Part shown: piece after piece, positions 51,573-63,811 of the stretch
How positions within the stretch are numbered: the stretch's first letter is position 1
Layout: every line of letters starts with the position of its first letter
Assembly: GCA_046563655.1 (NCBI GenBank)
Contig: CM102290.1
Span: forward strand, 10,788,001 to 10,852,000
Source: Yuukianura sp. NJ FZ-2021
Taxonomy: Eukaryota
Direction of reading: 5' to 3'
Length of the DNA stretch: 64,000 nt
Made by a program: the position numbers and the translations under genes
Notes under the pieces: generated by a model
The model's database searches: none
What the model was told of the DNA's origin: nothing
The model's input: the letters and a program-made list of their open reading frames with translations, nothing else

Positions 51573-54500
51573 TTTTATTTAACATTAAACATTCAACCAA
51601 GATTTCTCCCCATTTCTCTTGACCGCTTCAATGATGCTCTTTGTGTCTAATCCTCTGAAACCACGCTAAAACGCGCAGCAGAAAGTGAGTTAACTCACAC
51701 TTCATGAGAACTTCGAGGTCAGTAACCTCTACCTGCTCCTTGGAAGTCGTAAATTTGAAATTAATTAACGTGCCCAATTAAACTTCCACTTCGCCCCACT
51801 AACTAATGTTTACCATTTCCGCTTTACTACGATTTTCACCCAAACAGCATTTCACCCTTTACCTTTGCTCCAAATTCCGCTCTCACTAAAATTAAAAAAA
51901 AAATACAAATCCCATTGCCCCATTTCCATCAGTTTCAAAAAATGAAGTGGCGGAGCGTAAATTTCAAAATATTTTTCGGTCCACTTCGAATCAAAAAAGA
52001 GAAAAAAGCATAATAACCTTGGCCAAAAATGAGACTAAAAAGTAGGCCGAAATTCAGCAAAACCTTCAACAAAAAAAGTGAACTAAAAACCTAACCTAGC
52101 CTAACTTTTGGGTCTCTATTCTGCGAAGGAGGAAAAATCCGCCCACGGAATTTAAAAATTCCGTTCCCGGGTAATTCCTAACCTAAGCTATCTCCCATTA
52201 TTCCCGGTACCACTGAAAAACCAGTAAATTTAAATGAGAAAACCCCAGCACTGGATGCATCTATCTCTTCACCAAAAGCAAAGAAAAAAATTAGACTGCG
52301 GTTAACTTATTAAGCCAGGGCATGCCCCCGCAACACAGACAAGTCATTTGGCAAAGTGTTAAGTGGAATCAGTCTGCGAAGAGTAAAGTACTGTAAACTG
52401 CATTGGTTTTTTTTTCGTTTTGCACAGTCTCGTCGTCTTGGTTTTGACTTTGACTGGTTGGAAGAAGTGTCTAAGACAAGTGATAATTGATTCTGCTCTA
52501 CCGCGAACCAACCGCGATCAAGTCACCCAGCAACTTAAGACTTCCCAGACCAAAATAACTTCGGACTTTCTCAATAGGAATCTCAAAATAAACCAGCCTC
52601 ACAACAAGGTCTGAGGAATCCTAAGCAAAGTAGGACTTCCCGTTAGCATTTTCGGAACGCCAAACCCATATCACGTCTCAAAAGCCACCAGACACACCAC
52701 GGACACTTCTTATCCCGCACCACCGCAAATTTCCACGAACATGCCCAAATTCAAATACAAGCCCAACAAAATCAACGTAAACTGGATTTTAAATTCCCGC
52801 TTCATTTTACCATTTTTACAACAGCAAACTAAACCTATCTGTCTGGGAATGCAAAGTGTACATTCCCGTCAAAAATTTTAAGTTGCGTGGGAATGATGAG
52901 GAGTGCAAAAATTTCGAGTTGTGTGGTGCAAATTTCCTCCAACAATTTTGAAACGAAATTTCGATACAAATTGGCAACCGCCGGTCAACTTTCCGCTTCA
53001 AAGAAAAGAAACTAACTGTTCTTTTCATTTCGGTTTACAAATGCAATAAGCTCACTTCGCCGTGAAAAAGGCATCGTACAAAGTTCTAAATCCCCGGGAA
53101 ATTTAAAACCATGAAGTCCCTCATTACTTTAATGTTCACTCTAGTTTATTTTTACAATCCGCGGTACTTTATCAAGCACCTTCACGGTACATCTCAAGTT
53201 ACCTTCCGTGCTGCTAAAGCCTCTAAACCAAAACTTTCTCAAAAATCCTAATCTTGGTTTGTAGCGCTTAATTAAATACCAAAAGCAGAGATCCAGTTTT
53301 AAGTTTTTATTCTTGAACAAATTTATCTCAAAAATGGATCCTAAAGTGCCTTAAACAGACAGAAACGCTAAGTTCCCTTCTTTTGTTGCCTCCATTTGGC
53401 GCTTATTTTGAAATGCATGGCCTGACTCCACGCTACACTGGGCTCCACAGTGCCTCGGGCGGTGAAAATTCCTGGGAAAATATTAACCCCTTCCTCCCTC
53501 AAAACGTAGTGAGAGTAGTGTCTGGGAACAGATCACCTTAAGTGGAGGTTAAGTGTGGGATAATGGCCAATTCAATTACTCCCGCTCACAAGGCACTTCA
53601 ACTCCTCTCTTTAGTCTGTCCACGGAACCAGCCAGAGGTTGAGGGCAACTGACCGATGAACCCTGCCAAGGTCACTTCCTCCTCCCGCCTTTCCAAAACC
53701 ATTCAAAATCTTTGTCTTTTTCTACAACAATTTCTTAATAAGATGGGCGGAGTCCTCTTCAACAGATTCTGACTTCAGGAGACAATGGAACCAACAATCC
53801 ACACTCACATGGAGATCATTCCAAACAGTCCAAGCTTCCACACAATCAACACTCCCTTCATTATTATCCACATGAACAAACACACGCCCTTTACGCTACA
53901 CATTCTACCACCATTCACGTTTTTTTTTAAATCAAAATTATCCCGCTTCACCTGACATCCAACCACTCAAAAACATAAAGTTCAAACCAAAATTTTAAAA
54001 AACTTCCAACTAACTTAACCAATTTGAACGGAAAATAAAGTGTTCCAAGGAATCAAAAAATTTCATCACTTTCCAAACCCATAAATTTTAAATTGTTTTG
54101 ATTGTAAGTTGAGCCCTTTGGCTTTGCAAAAACCAAAATTTCAAAAAAAGAATTGACTAAACTAACAAGAAACTTGGAACGAAACCAATAATTTAATCGT
54201 TTTCCCGAATCACCGATTTGCAAAATTTTAATTGTAAGTTTGTGGTCTTTTCTTTTTAGTAGAAACCAAATTTTCATCACAGAAAACCAAATTTTACGAA
54301 ATTTTAACTTCAAATTAGTGGCATTTGGCATAAGGTTTTGTTGAAATTAGCTGCTGAGACTTCACCTGATTTTTGGCCTTCAAGATTTCGAAACGACAAG
54401 ATTTTCAAAATTCATTATGAAAATCGTCACTTTCTAAAATCAAAGTGCACCTTAAAAACCAACATTTTCAAAAATCATCATACCAAAACTACGTTAATTG

Positions 54501-56449
54501 CATAGATTTGTGTTAAATTCAAAATTAGCACGCAGATGGAACATTTCCAGCGGGAATTTCTAATGTTCCAAAAAAATTTTTTCTTTCAAGCGTCTTAACC
54601 AAAACCCTTCAAGAACAACTCAAAACTTTAAAACTTTTTCTTGCTTTTTAACGTCTTTTTTGTTGCATTTTAAAAAACCTTTGAATCCAAATTTGGTCAA
54701 GAGACCTTAAGTGCGCGCGATAGAATCAAAATGAATGTAGAAAGGAAGGAGAGCAGCGGGAAGTTTTGAAAAAGAAAAAACAAAGACTTGATCATTATTC
54801 CGTATTTCCAAAATGCCAAAGGGTGGACAGTGACAAAAACGACGAGCGGAACGTGCGTCTTTTCTTGGACACTTTCGAATGTCAATTTCTCTTCGTCCAG
54901 AACCAGAAAACTACGTTTTGAGACGTATACTAATTGGAATCAATTCTTCACTTCAACCTAACCAACACTTCTACACTACGAAACGCACAATCCTAAATCC
55001 TCTTTCCCGCATACCTTATTTACGTAAAGATTCAAAACCTCTTAAAATTCCTGCTCTCAAAATCCACAATCCAACTGGACACGACGCATGCGTGCACAAA
55101 ATCTAGCCTCTTCCGTCCAAATTCTTTAGCAGATCTTTTCCTAATGTTACCGTAAATCTTCTAGCAAAACCACACAAAAACTTCCTTTGTAAAACAATAG
55201 CTTTCATGTGCTACGTCAATGCCGGAATTCCAGTTTCTGCAAAAACCAAAAGTTCACTGACCTTTTCCAGCTTTTGTTTTCTTTGTTTCTCACAAAAAAC
55301 CTTCAACTTTTGGCTACGAAATTTCAAAATTTATTCCGAGTCATCTTCAATTCTTTTCAATTTTCAATCTCCTGTCAACTAAAAATTAGAAAAAACTAAC
55401 TCCAAAAAATTGAAAGTTTGGATTCCAATCAGATTGAAATCATGTAAACACAAGTTTCCATTGTACCAGGAAGAAAAACATCTCACACAGCCTCCCAGAG
55501 AAGATCATCTCCGTTTCTCATCTTCTCAAAGATTCTTCCTTAAGCCTAAAATCCTCATTCCAAGGCGTGATCTCGACTCCAAGTGAGCAAGTCACAAGAA
55601 TTTCCAACATCATTTCCATCTTCCCACTGAAGAATGGACCAAGTGCATAGCTAATGGGATTTGTTCAAGGCCTCAACCTCCGCATCTTCAACACAATTTT
55701 TTTTTCGTCTACACTCAAGAACTCAACCCCTCTAAGGAATGCACTCTTCATCTCCCTTCCCGCCAACATTTTTCTCAGTCTTCCCCGCCAAGAATCTTCT
55801 CAAAAGCATGGTTCAGGTTCGTACATAGACGAAACAATGCGTAAAAATGGCTTCCCTCCACTCCCAAAACCAAAAGCAAAAAACGAGGTTTGAAAACGTG
55901 CTTGTCTACGTCGTCTCTTGCTCAAATTCATCTTTTTGTGCTTATTTCTTCGTCCTGGAGGAAGGCTACACGGTCAGTGCCTTCAAAAACCACCAACGAA
56001 AAAACAAAAAACCTTGCATAGTTTCTTGGTCTCTAACATTCAAAAAAAAAGTTTTACTATAATTTCCCCATTTGCCTCAAGGATTTGAATCCAAACAATT
56101 CCAAAATGCTCATCTCAACAACCTCATCAATCAACTACAAATTCTACGACGTAGTACTAATATTACACTTTACTACTACCAACTTATAGTACTTCTAAAA
56201 CCTAAAGCATCTTCCTCATCTCGAATGTTAGTAATCATTAGACCATCCAAAATAAGAATAAAAGGCAATTAGGACAACTTCCTATGTCAAACAGCATCCG
56301 ATTTCCTCGGAGAAAATAGACGAAAAAGAAACTAAAAAAAATGAGAGAAAAGAGAAATGACAAAAAAACATACGAATTGCTAACTCTCGCTTCACTAAAA
56401 CAAAATTTTCCTCGTTTCTCAAAATTTCTGTTCTGAAAACTTCCCTAAT

Positions 56450-56526
56450 CTTCGAGCTTTCAAAAATTTCCTGTCCTTCGAGCTTTTTCAAAAATTTCCT
56501 GTCCTTCGAGCTTTTTCAAAATTTCC
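56450..56526. repeat. Recent tandem duplication, ~2.7 x 26-28 bp
   Basis: CTTCGAGCTTT(TT)CAAAAATTTCCTGTC repeated almost identically. Confidence 0.85.
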
Positions 56527-57655
56527 GTTTCCTCCTGACGATGTTTACTTTTTCTTTTTGCAAAGCCCAATTCCCACCTACATAAACATAAACTACAGAG
56601 ACAGACACTCAGACAGACAGACAAGAACACTCCAAAGTCCAGCAGAGGAGCACCCAGACCAAAATAACAACAAAACAAATTCGATTTATGGACTTCTGAC
56701 GCAGGAGGGTAATTAAACTCAAAACATAAACATCAACAACATTCACTTTCCCATAGTTTAGTAAGTGGAAAGTTGTCCCGTGCAGTCGCATCGTAATAGA
56801 AAACTTCCACTTACGTATTAAGTCATGATCACCAACTCAAAAACACGGCGCAAATTTTAAATTTACATCAAAACAAAACAACCACCTTAATTATTCAGTT
56901 GACAAAACGTCACGTGGAGGGAAATTCCGTGCTAACATGCAAGTTCCGCCAAATTCATGTTCCTTAAAAAATCAAAATATTTCAAAATGTTTCAACATAC
57001 GTTTGCCCATTTCCACACATTTTCTAAATACTTTTTGTTTTAAAAGCTCAAAAAGTTTGGTAGTAAAACCGTAACTCAAATATCAAATTACTCCATTAAA
57101 ACTGTAAATTGCAAAAGTTTTCAAAAATACAAAAATCTTTAGCTTTTTTTTTGCGAAACATCAAAAAATTAATTGCTTGTGCTTCAATTTAGTTTACACA
57201 GCACGGTACTACTACCAAAGTATTTCGTTAACAATTTTTGCCGCAAAAAAAAACCTATCGATTAAAGGAAAACCACGAGCATGCACAGAGATTGGCATTT
57301 CTGTTACAACATTCCCTAAGAGTGCAAATTCTAACTGACAGGACAGTTAAACATAAATTTAGGTTAGTTAACTTTCTAAATCGATTATGTCGGTTAGTTG
57401 AACTAACTAAAAATCATTGAAATCATTCAAGCTCTCCACCCAGCACTTTTAAGCATTGATTGTGTTTGGTGCATCAAAAAATCATGACCTAAGCTAAAAA
57501 TTAACAGAAATGATAATTAGTAAACGAAAACAACGGACGTGAAACCGCAGGGTTCAATTAGGAGTCAATGCCAGCCAAAGTTTTGGTTCGTTAAGTTAGG
57601 TTAGTTATGCCACAGTGTCTACATAATGAAAATACCAATGCACCAACCTTTGGCC

Positions 57656-57668
57656 AGGTCAAAGGTCA
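57656..57668 (+). promoter_or_regulatory. Perfect DR1 nuclear-receptor element
   Basis: AGGTCA-A-AGGTCA. Motif match only. Confidence 0.35.
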
Positions 57669-59541
57669 ACTGTCGTCACCCACTCATTCAAAAAACACGT
57701 TACAACATTTTAATCACAAACGCCACGAGACAATAACAAAAACAACAACATCATCAGCACCATAGTCTAGCACGTAGGCAGTACAAAGACAAGTGACGCT
57801 GACGAGTTGTTTGAAAAGCGGCGCAGAAAAACAATAGGACAAGGAACTCATCTCTGTCGACTTCCAGAATAATCCACCGCCACAGTTAGGTTTACACTTT
57901 AAGTTAGGCTAATCATCATCATCATCACGTCACATGATTCATGTGACCATGAGTAACCAAAGTACGTTTCAAGAGATCCCGCGTTTCAACCGGGATGTGT
58001 CACCTCATCCGCTCGTGGTTCGTAGTTCACTTTAAGTGCAATGCAAACTGCGCAGACTGTCTGTTACTCGTGGCCACGCCACGCACAGACACATAAGCTT
58101 TACAAAATCTCCTACTACTAGCTTTTACTGGAACTTTCGTCCACGTGGAAGCTTCCAGGAACTGTCCAAGGTTATTCGAAAAAAATACACGCGGAGAAGA
58201 TTTTCCAGAAGCTCCCACGCCTCCGCTTTCACTCTACTTTCCAAAAATCTATGTTCCAAGTCACGCGGGTATTCCCAGAGTGGGCGGAGCTTAAGTAGCT
58301 TCCAGTGCATTACACAGGCTCCGCCAACGGCGCCAAAAATATGTTGAACAGACTATAACAACGTAGAAAGTAGGCCTCCAGGAGGCGACCTTTGTAAAAA
58401 ACTTCGTCTCAAAATCACGCTTTCTCCAGGTGAAAAGAGCATGAGGCAACACACACACAAAAAAGGAAAGTCTGCAGCGCTCGACCGTGCGTCGTGGTTT
58501 TCCCCAAAGCTGCCGCCCACAACCGTAGCAAGAGAAAGGTCCAAGGTCAGCTTAGCTAGAGAGTCCAGAGTCCGCCAAAATGCATAGCCTAGGTCTAGCC
58601 TACTATCGCGAGGTCAGTGTCACTTTCTTGCGGAAAAGCCACCATCAGAGCAACGGGAAAGTCCCTAACGTAACATTCCAGAAATTCCTGGAAGGAGAAA
58701 GCGGGGTTTGCTGAGGTTATCCTAACCTATACGTTAGCCTTACCTAACTTTCTGCGCATCATATCCTAAGCACAACTTTCTCCACGTGCTACATAAGTGA
58801 AAATGACTAATCAAACAGGCACATGACAAGGACACGACGACGACAGTTTACTTTGTACAATGCGCATTCTCTCTCCCATCCCTTATTCAGAACAAAACTA
58901 TACAAAAATCCATTTTCGTCACGCCATAATTGTCGTTCTACAAACTTTTGCCCAACCGTATGCTTTAAATGCGCAGTGCTTTTGGGAAGACACCAAAAAC
59001 CTTCGCCTTCGCTGAGAACAAATTTTGAACAAATATACAGACGACGACGGAGAAAATGTTTTCACGTTTACATACACAAGTCATACGCAAACACACGTGA
59101 CCTACTCCAAACCCTTTGCAAGGCCTTGCAAATACCTAGTAATGTATGTAAGGTTGGTAAAAGTTGAGACATTTTTTCCAAGAGTAACATAACAAGTAAA
59201 CATAAAACCAAAAAAATGAAAAGGAAAAGAACCGCCAAAACTTTGAAGCAAAACTTTCACCAAGTTTGCCAAAATTTAGAACAAATTCGGTTGGAAATTC
59301 GCAACAAAATTTTCGAACTTTGTTTATAAAAATTGTTCAATTCTCAGCAACAGTGTAACTCAGTAACCTTAAAATGTTTTGTTGCAAGTTCTAACGTTAA
59401 CTAAGTTTTCAAAATTTACCCAAACTGGGGCAAATTATGAGTTAAGTTGGAAATTCTTTGGCAAGTCAACATTTGCCTTGTCCGGCATGTAGCAACTGTG
59501 GGAGGAAGCTACTTTGCTAGATAATTAATCGTTTCACTTAC

Positions 59542-59608
59542 CACTATTGGCGTCTACGTCGTCTACGTCCTCCTCGTGGGGTCCTCTACACGTCGTGGGC
59601 AGTGTCAT
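59542..59608 (-). CDS. pim: Pim kinase distal alternative first coding exon (MTLPTTCRGPHEEDVDDVDANS); gives a 392-aa isoform
   Basis: ATG at 59608, 22 codons + 1 nt, then consensus donor G|GTAAGT (intron starts 59541). Phase 1 fits the acceptor at 46268 exactly. GC-rich, coding-like island in AT-rich flanks. Confidence 0.65.
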
Positions 59609-60952
59609 CTCGATCAGTGGATGATGAGTTAATGGATAATGAGTAATTAATCAATTAAGTCTTAAGTTTAATTTTTCGGATCTTCTCTCTTCGCGTTCCC
59701 GCCTTCCCGCGCTCCTATTGAAAACCGCCCGACTCCTACCAGTAAAGAAACGCTATTAACTTATAATACTTCAGCGTTGGTAATCGCCATACAATTTGTT
59801 TTTCCGAAACGGAAATGTTAAGTTTTTAAGCCTTAACCTACTGTGGACTTTTTCTAAACCTAACCTGCTGCTGGACTTTAACTGTGAATGAAATTAAGAT
59901 GAAATGAATGGCTTTAGTGAGGGGGCCTATCTTTCATCATATGATAAACATTTCTTGTAACAATAACATTATAACTGTACTTATACACAGAGTACCGTTG
60001 TACCGGATGGACAGCTTGACCTGTCACTGACAGGCTGTCAGGGCCAAGGTCAGTCAAGCTAAGCAGTGTTTAGGTAAAGTCAATCTCAAGGAAGTGACCT
60101 CCCTGACGATGAATCACCTTATTCCTCAGACTGTAATTTAAACAGTACTCTTCTTTAATTACTTTAGTTGCTAGAAACATCCGAAATGCGTAGCGTCTTA
60201 TCGCCAAATTGCGCTTCAAACAGGAATACCGTAAAACGATTAACGGACAACGTCATGGAGTCTGTCCATAATGCGGCTAATGAATGACCAGGAAGTCCAT
60301 TGTTGTAACAACTAAGGAAACAGCGCCGTTGCAGTAAACGTCTTGGGTTTTTTGTTTTGTTATAGTGTTTATTTAGAATTTAATAATAAAATTACCTGAT
60401 TTTATTAATTGTTCAGTCAAACAATTACCTAATGTTATTGGTTACGCTAATTAGCTAAAAATATCGCTATTGTCTATGAAATTTAGCGCAAGCGTTACAG
60501 ATGAGACGATGGTATTACTCATGTGCGGGAAATGTTGGATTGGATGTTGGAGTATCTCTTACACGGACCGCAAGGTTTTTGAATGCAAATCAATTGAATA
60601 TTGAATTAATTGAAAACAAGATCAATCCAGTGCGAGGCAGATTAAAAACTGATCATTCAACTTCAGCATCAAATCAAATATTCCAAAATCCAAAGCTACT
60701 GGAGGACGAAGGAAGAAATCTCTGATCTCTGGTAGTCTTCATCTTAATTGGCAAAAGACTAAAAACGATTAAGGTTCCAAGGCAGCAGAAGAAGAGCAGC
60801 TGATCGTTGGATACGAAACGGCCTTACTGTTTGCTACACCGGCAAACCTTTGAGTTCGTCGATAATCGTCATCGAGCAGCGGAGCGGCGACTGAACTGCA
60901 GTGATTAATCCACCGGTTTGTTCGTGCCTTCTAATTTATCTCACCTTTCCAA

Positions 60953-61481
60953 ATGTCGGGTCGAGAAGGTATAAATTTGGTCTATTGCTAATTATTAACG
61001 ACGAAACCACACTGAAACGTCATCGATTGAAATTAAAATATTATAACATTGATGTTACGTTTATTTGTCAGCTATCTATAGTTTGTGTTATTATTTTTCA
61101 GGGGGTAAGAAGAAGCCTTTGAAGGCACCAAAGAAGGATGCAAAGGAATTGGATGATGTAAGGTTTAATCAAATGATGAACTAGAGACTAAACTAAACAG
61201 AAAGTAGCAGCGATTTGTCAAGTAGTAAATGGTTCTTACTTTGTGATGTTAGGATGACGTTGCTTTAAAACAGAAGAAGAGGGAAGAGCAAAAGAAATTG
61301 GATGAGATGAAGGCAAAAGCGGCTCAAAAAGGACCTCTAGGTAATTTATCTAATTAATTGCAAATTTGCACTGCGTGACACTTGCCCGAATCCATCCCTG
61401 AATCTCCCAAGGGTAGAAGAAATATATTCGTATTATTTGTTTTTAGCCAGTGGAGGAATCAAGAAATCCGGAAAGAAATGA
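60953..61481 (+). CDS. TMA7: Translation machinery-associated protein 7 (TMA7/CCDC72), 4 exons, 64 aa
   Basis: Exons 60953-60968, 61102-61157, 61253-61340 and 61447-61481 (all GT-AG) splice to [64 protein letters not shown], the characteristic TMA7 sequence. AATAAA at 61614-61619. Confidence 0.97.
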
Positions 61482-61826
61482 TGTAATCGATTTTCTACTT
61501 TTTCCTACACTTCATTGAAAAATGTTGCGAAATGAATTCTCAATTGAAGATCATCCAATACAAATTCTGATTATGGTTTAATTACAAAAGTCTAACCCAT
61601 TGGTACAACAAGAAATAAATGGCAAACCATTTCACTTACTTCCCTTTTCGTTTGTCTTACTTTTTCTGATAAGTTTGATTACTGCACATAAGTATAAATA
61701 ATTTATTGGTATAAATAGTTTTCACGTACTAAATTATAACTTTAAACTTACGTATTATAAAAATAATCTACCCTAAGCTATTATTATTTTATTTTTTTTA
61801 AATAGTACTGTGAATCGGCTTTCTTC

Positions 61827-61870
61827 GTTCCCTTAGCAACCTAGAATCGTGTTGTGAGCGCCACCTATTG
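61827..61870. promoter_or_regulatory. Candidate RFX X-box and CTCF-like motif upstream of the ELOVL-like gene
   Basis: GTTCCCTTAGCAAC (61827-61840) is one mismatch from GTTNCCATRGCAAC. AGCGCCACCTATTG (61857-61870) resembles the CTCF core GCGCCACCTAGTGG. Confidence 0.4.
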
Positions 61871-62047
61871 TTAACACAAAAACACCACACATCAGCGCAG
61901 CCGCGCGGCGAAGACCTTGATCTCCCATCTCTGCACTCTTTGTCACTCATCATGAGATCTTTGTCATCTTCACCTTAAAAAGGTCGTCTGCGCTCTCGGA
62001 ATTGATTACAAGTTTTCTGAATACTTCGCAAGTATTTCCGAATTCCG

Positions 62048-63407
62048 ATGGCTGTCGTCGACGCGTACCCGAGCACCAATCTGGAGGTGTCTCGTAAGTA
62101 CTTATCACCGAAAAATAATCATAATAAATTGGGTATAATTCTTACGAACGTTGTATTATTTTCAGATATGCTGTCCCAACACATGCCATTGATGTCGCAT
62201 TTTGTTTATCCATCATGTGTCGTATCGCTGTACGTCACCTACTGTGTCTTTGCCCCGGAGCTGGCCATGATTCGTCCAACTAATCGGAACTTTGGATTGT
62301 ACTTACTGTTGAATCGGATCCGCATCCATGTTCAGTTCTTCCTAGCTGCTCTGGTACTTTTTATGCCGAGTTCGATAATTAACGAATATAGCAACTTCCT
62401 GTACTGTTACTTGGAGTAATTGGTTTTGTTGAATAGTTGGTCTACTGGACGGATCAATCTGGTCGCAACGTACTCTACGCTGGAGTGCCAGGGCCTCAAG
62501 ACATAGAGCTGGATGAACGACTTGATACACAAAAGGTACTGTTTAAATGTTCTTTAAATTAAGAAGTGTCTTGAAAATGATTGTTTCTAACATATAAAAC
62601 TCCTCTATAGATTGCATGGACACTCTGGGTCTTCCACATCATCAAAACAATTCGACTGGCTGACTGTATGCTGATTGTGAGAGGTGGGGTTGACATCAAT
62701 CGGTTCTTGATTTACTATAACGCTGGAATGGTCTACTTGAGTTGGATTGCTGTCAAATACTTCCCTGGTGGAAGCTGTAAGTTGAGACTAACCTTATTGG
62801 ATCTTTAGATTTACAGCTAGAGAAGATAGATTTTTGACAATATATCAGTTAAATTCGTTCATCTAAGTTTGTTTGTGTTGGTGCTAGCTATTGTTCCAGT
62901 ACTGATCAACTGCACGATTGAGTTTCAGTTCCATTTGTGGGATGAAGTGAACAAAGGGTGGCCAACCCTTAACCGGAACACGATCCAGAAAATCTCAAAT
63001 ACCGTAAGGCTTTTTGTCTATGATTATCGCTAATTGCTACTGGAAGTCGCATTCTCATTGAACCCGATGTTATTTGACATTTATAGCTTCAAGTGGCACT
63101 GATCTTCCTTCATTCTGCAGTCGGACTGATTCAATCTCCCTGTGGTTACCCGGAGCTGCTCTTCTTGGCTGTCGTCCTCTACATTCTGTCGTATTTTGTC
63201 GTTGCCCTGATCTGCTACGACGGTTCTCTGTCACAAGTTATGTGGTCATTCTGCTTCTACTACGACCAAGACGAGCCTCCGCTGCCGCGTAACAACGTCA
63301 TTCGTCACCGACCACTGGAGATCGTTGTCCGTCGTCGGCGGTTGACGGATTTTGGCGCTGCTGGAGACTGCCATCCACTCGGCGTGCGACGTCGCTTTGA
63401 GCTGTGA
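62048..63407 (+). CDS. Divergent ELOVL / GNS1-SUR4 family (fatty-acid elongase-like) membrane protein lacking the HxxHH box, 6 exons, 311 aa
   Basis: Exons 62048-62093, 62166-62353, 62437-62535, 62611-62776, 62888-63003 and 63087-63407; GT-AG, phases consistent, 936 nt. ELOVL landmarks appear in the family order: MPLMSHFVYP..LYV.Y...PELAM, W....KTIRLAD, W.AVKYFPGG, LIN, LQ....LH......CGYP. Multiple hydrophobic helices. Confidence 0.85.
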
Positions 63408-63811
63408 ACATTCCCAAACCAAGCTACAATCGCTCAATATCTTTACAACGCTTGGTAGCTGCATCCAAATTACTTGCAAAGTCCGAATCAATAGTAGTCA
63501 GTTCTCGAAGCCAAATTTGAATGGATCTTCAAAGGAAACGGAACGTCAGTCATGAAAGCTTCAGGTTTAAGCCTGTTCTAAATTTTTAACCACGATAATT
63601 CGAGAGAAACGTGAATTTTCTATTTATCATTTATCAGGAAATACAATGGTATGAGATTTACGACGTTGTGGGTGTTGAATAGCATTGATGGTGCTGTAGT
63701 TTGTACTTTGTAGCCTTTTTTCGTGGTGAAGGTCACTGCTCATTCAGAACGAATACATACCTTAAGTAATGTCAATGTCCATTCTATTACAGTTTGTCCA
63801 GTCCAGGTTTT

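Noticed and set aside
7640..57605. Scattered TTAGG/CCTAA dimers (e.g. ~7647, ~32920, ~40516, ~52089, ~57595) as telomeric repeats or a telomerase template
   Set aside because: Never more than about two tandem units; no array or supporting structure.
60501..60725. 74-aa plus ORF upstream of TMA7
   Set aside because: No homology recognised; it lies in the promoter/leader interval and is probably incidental.
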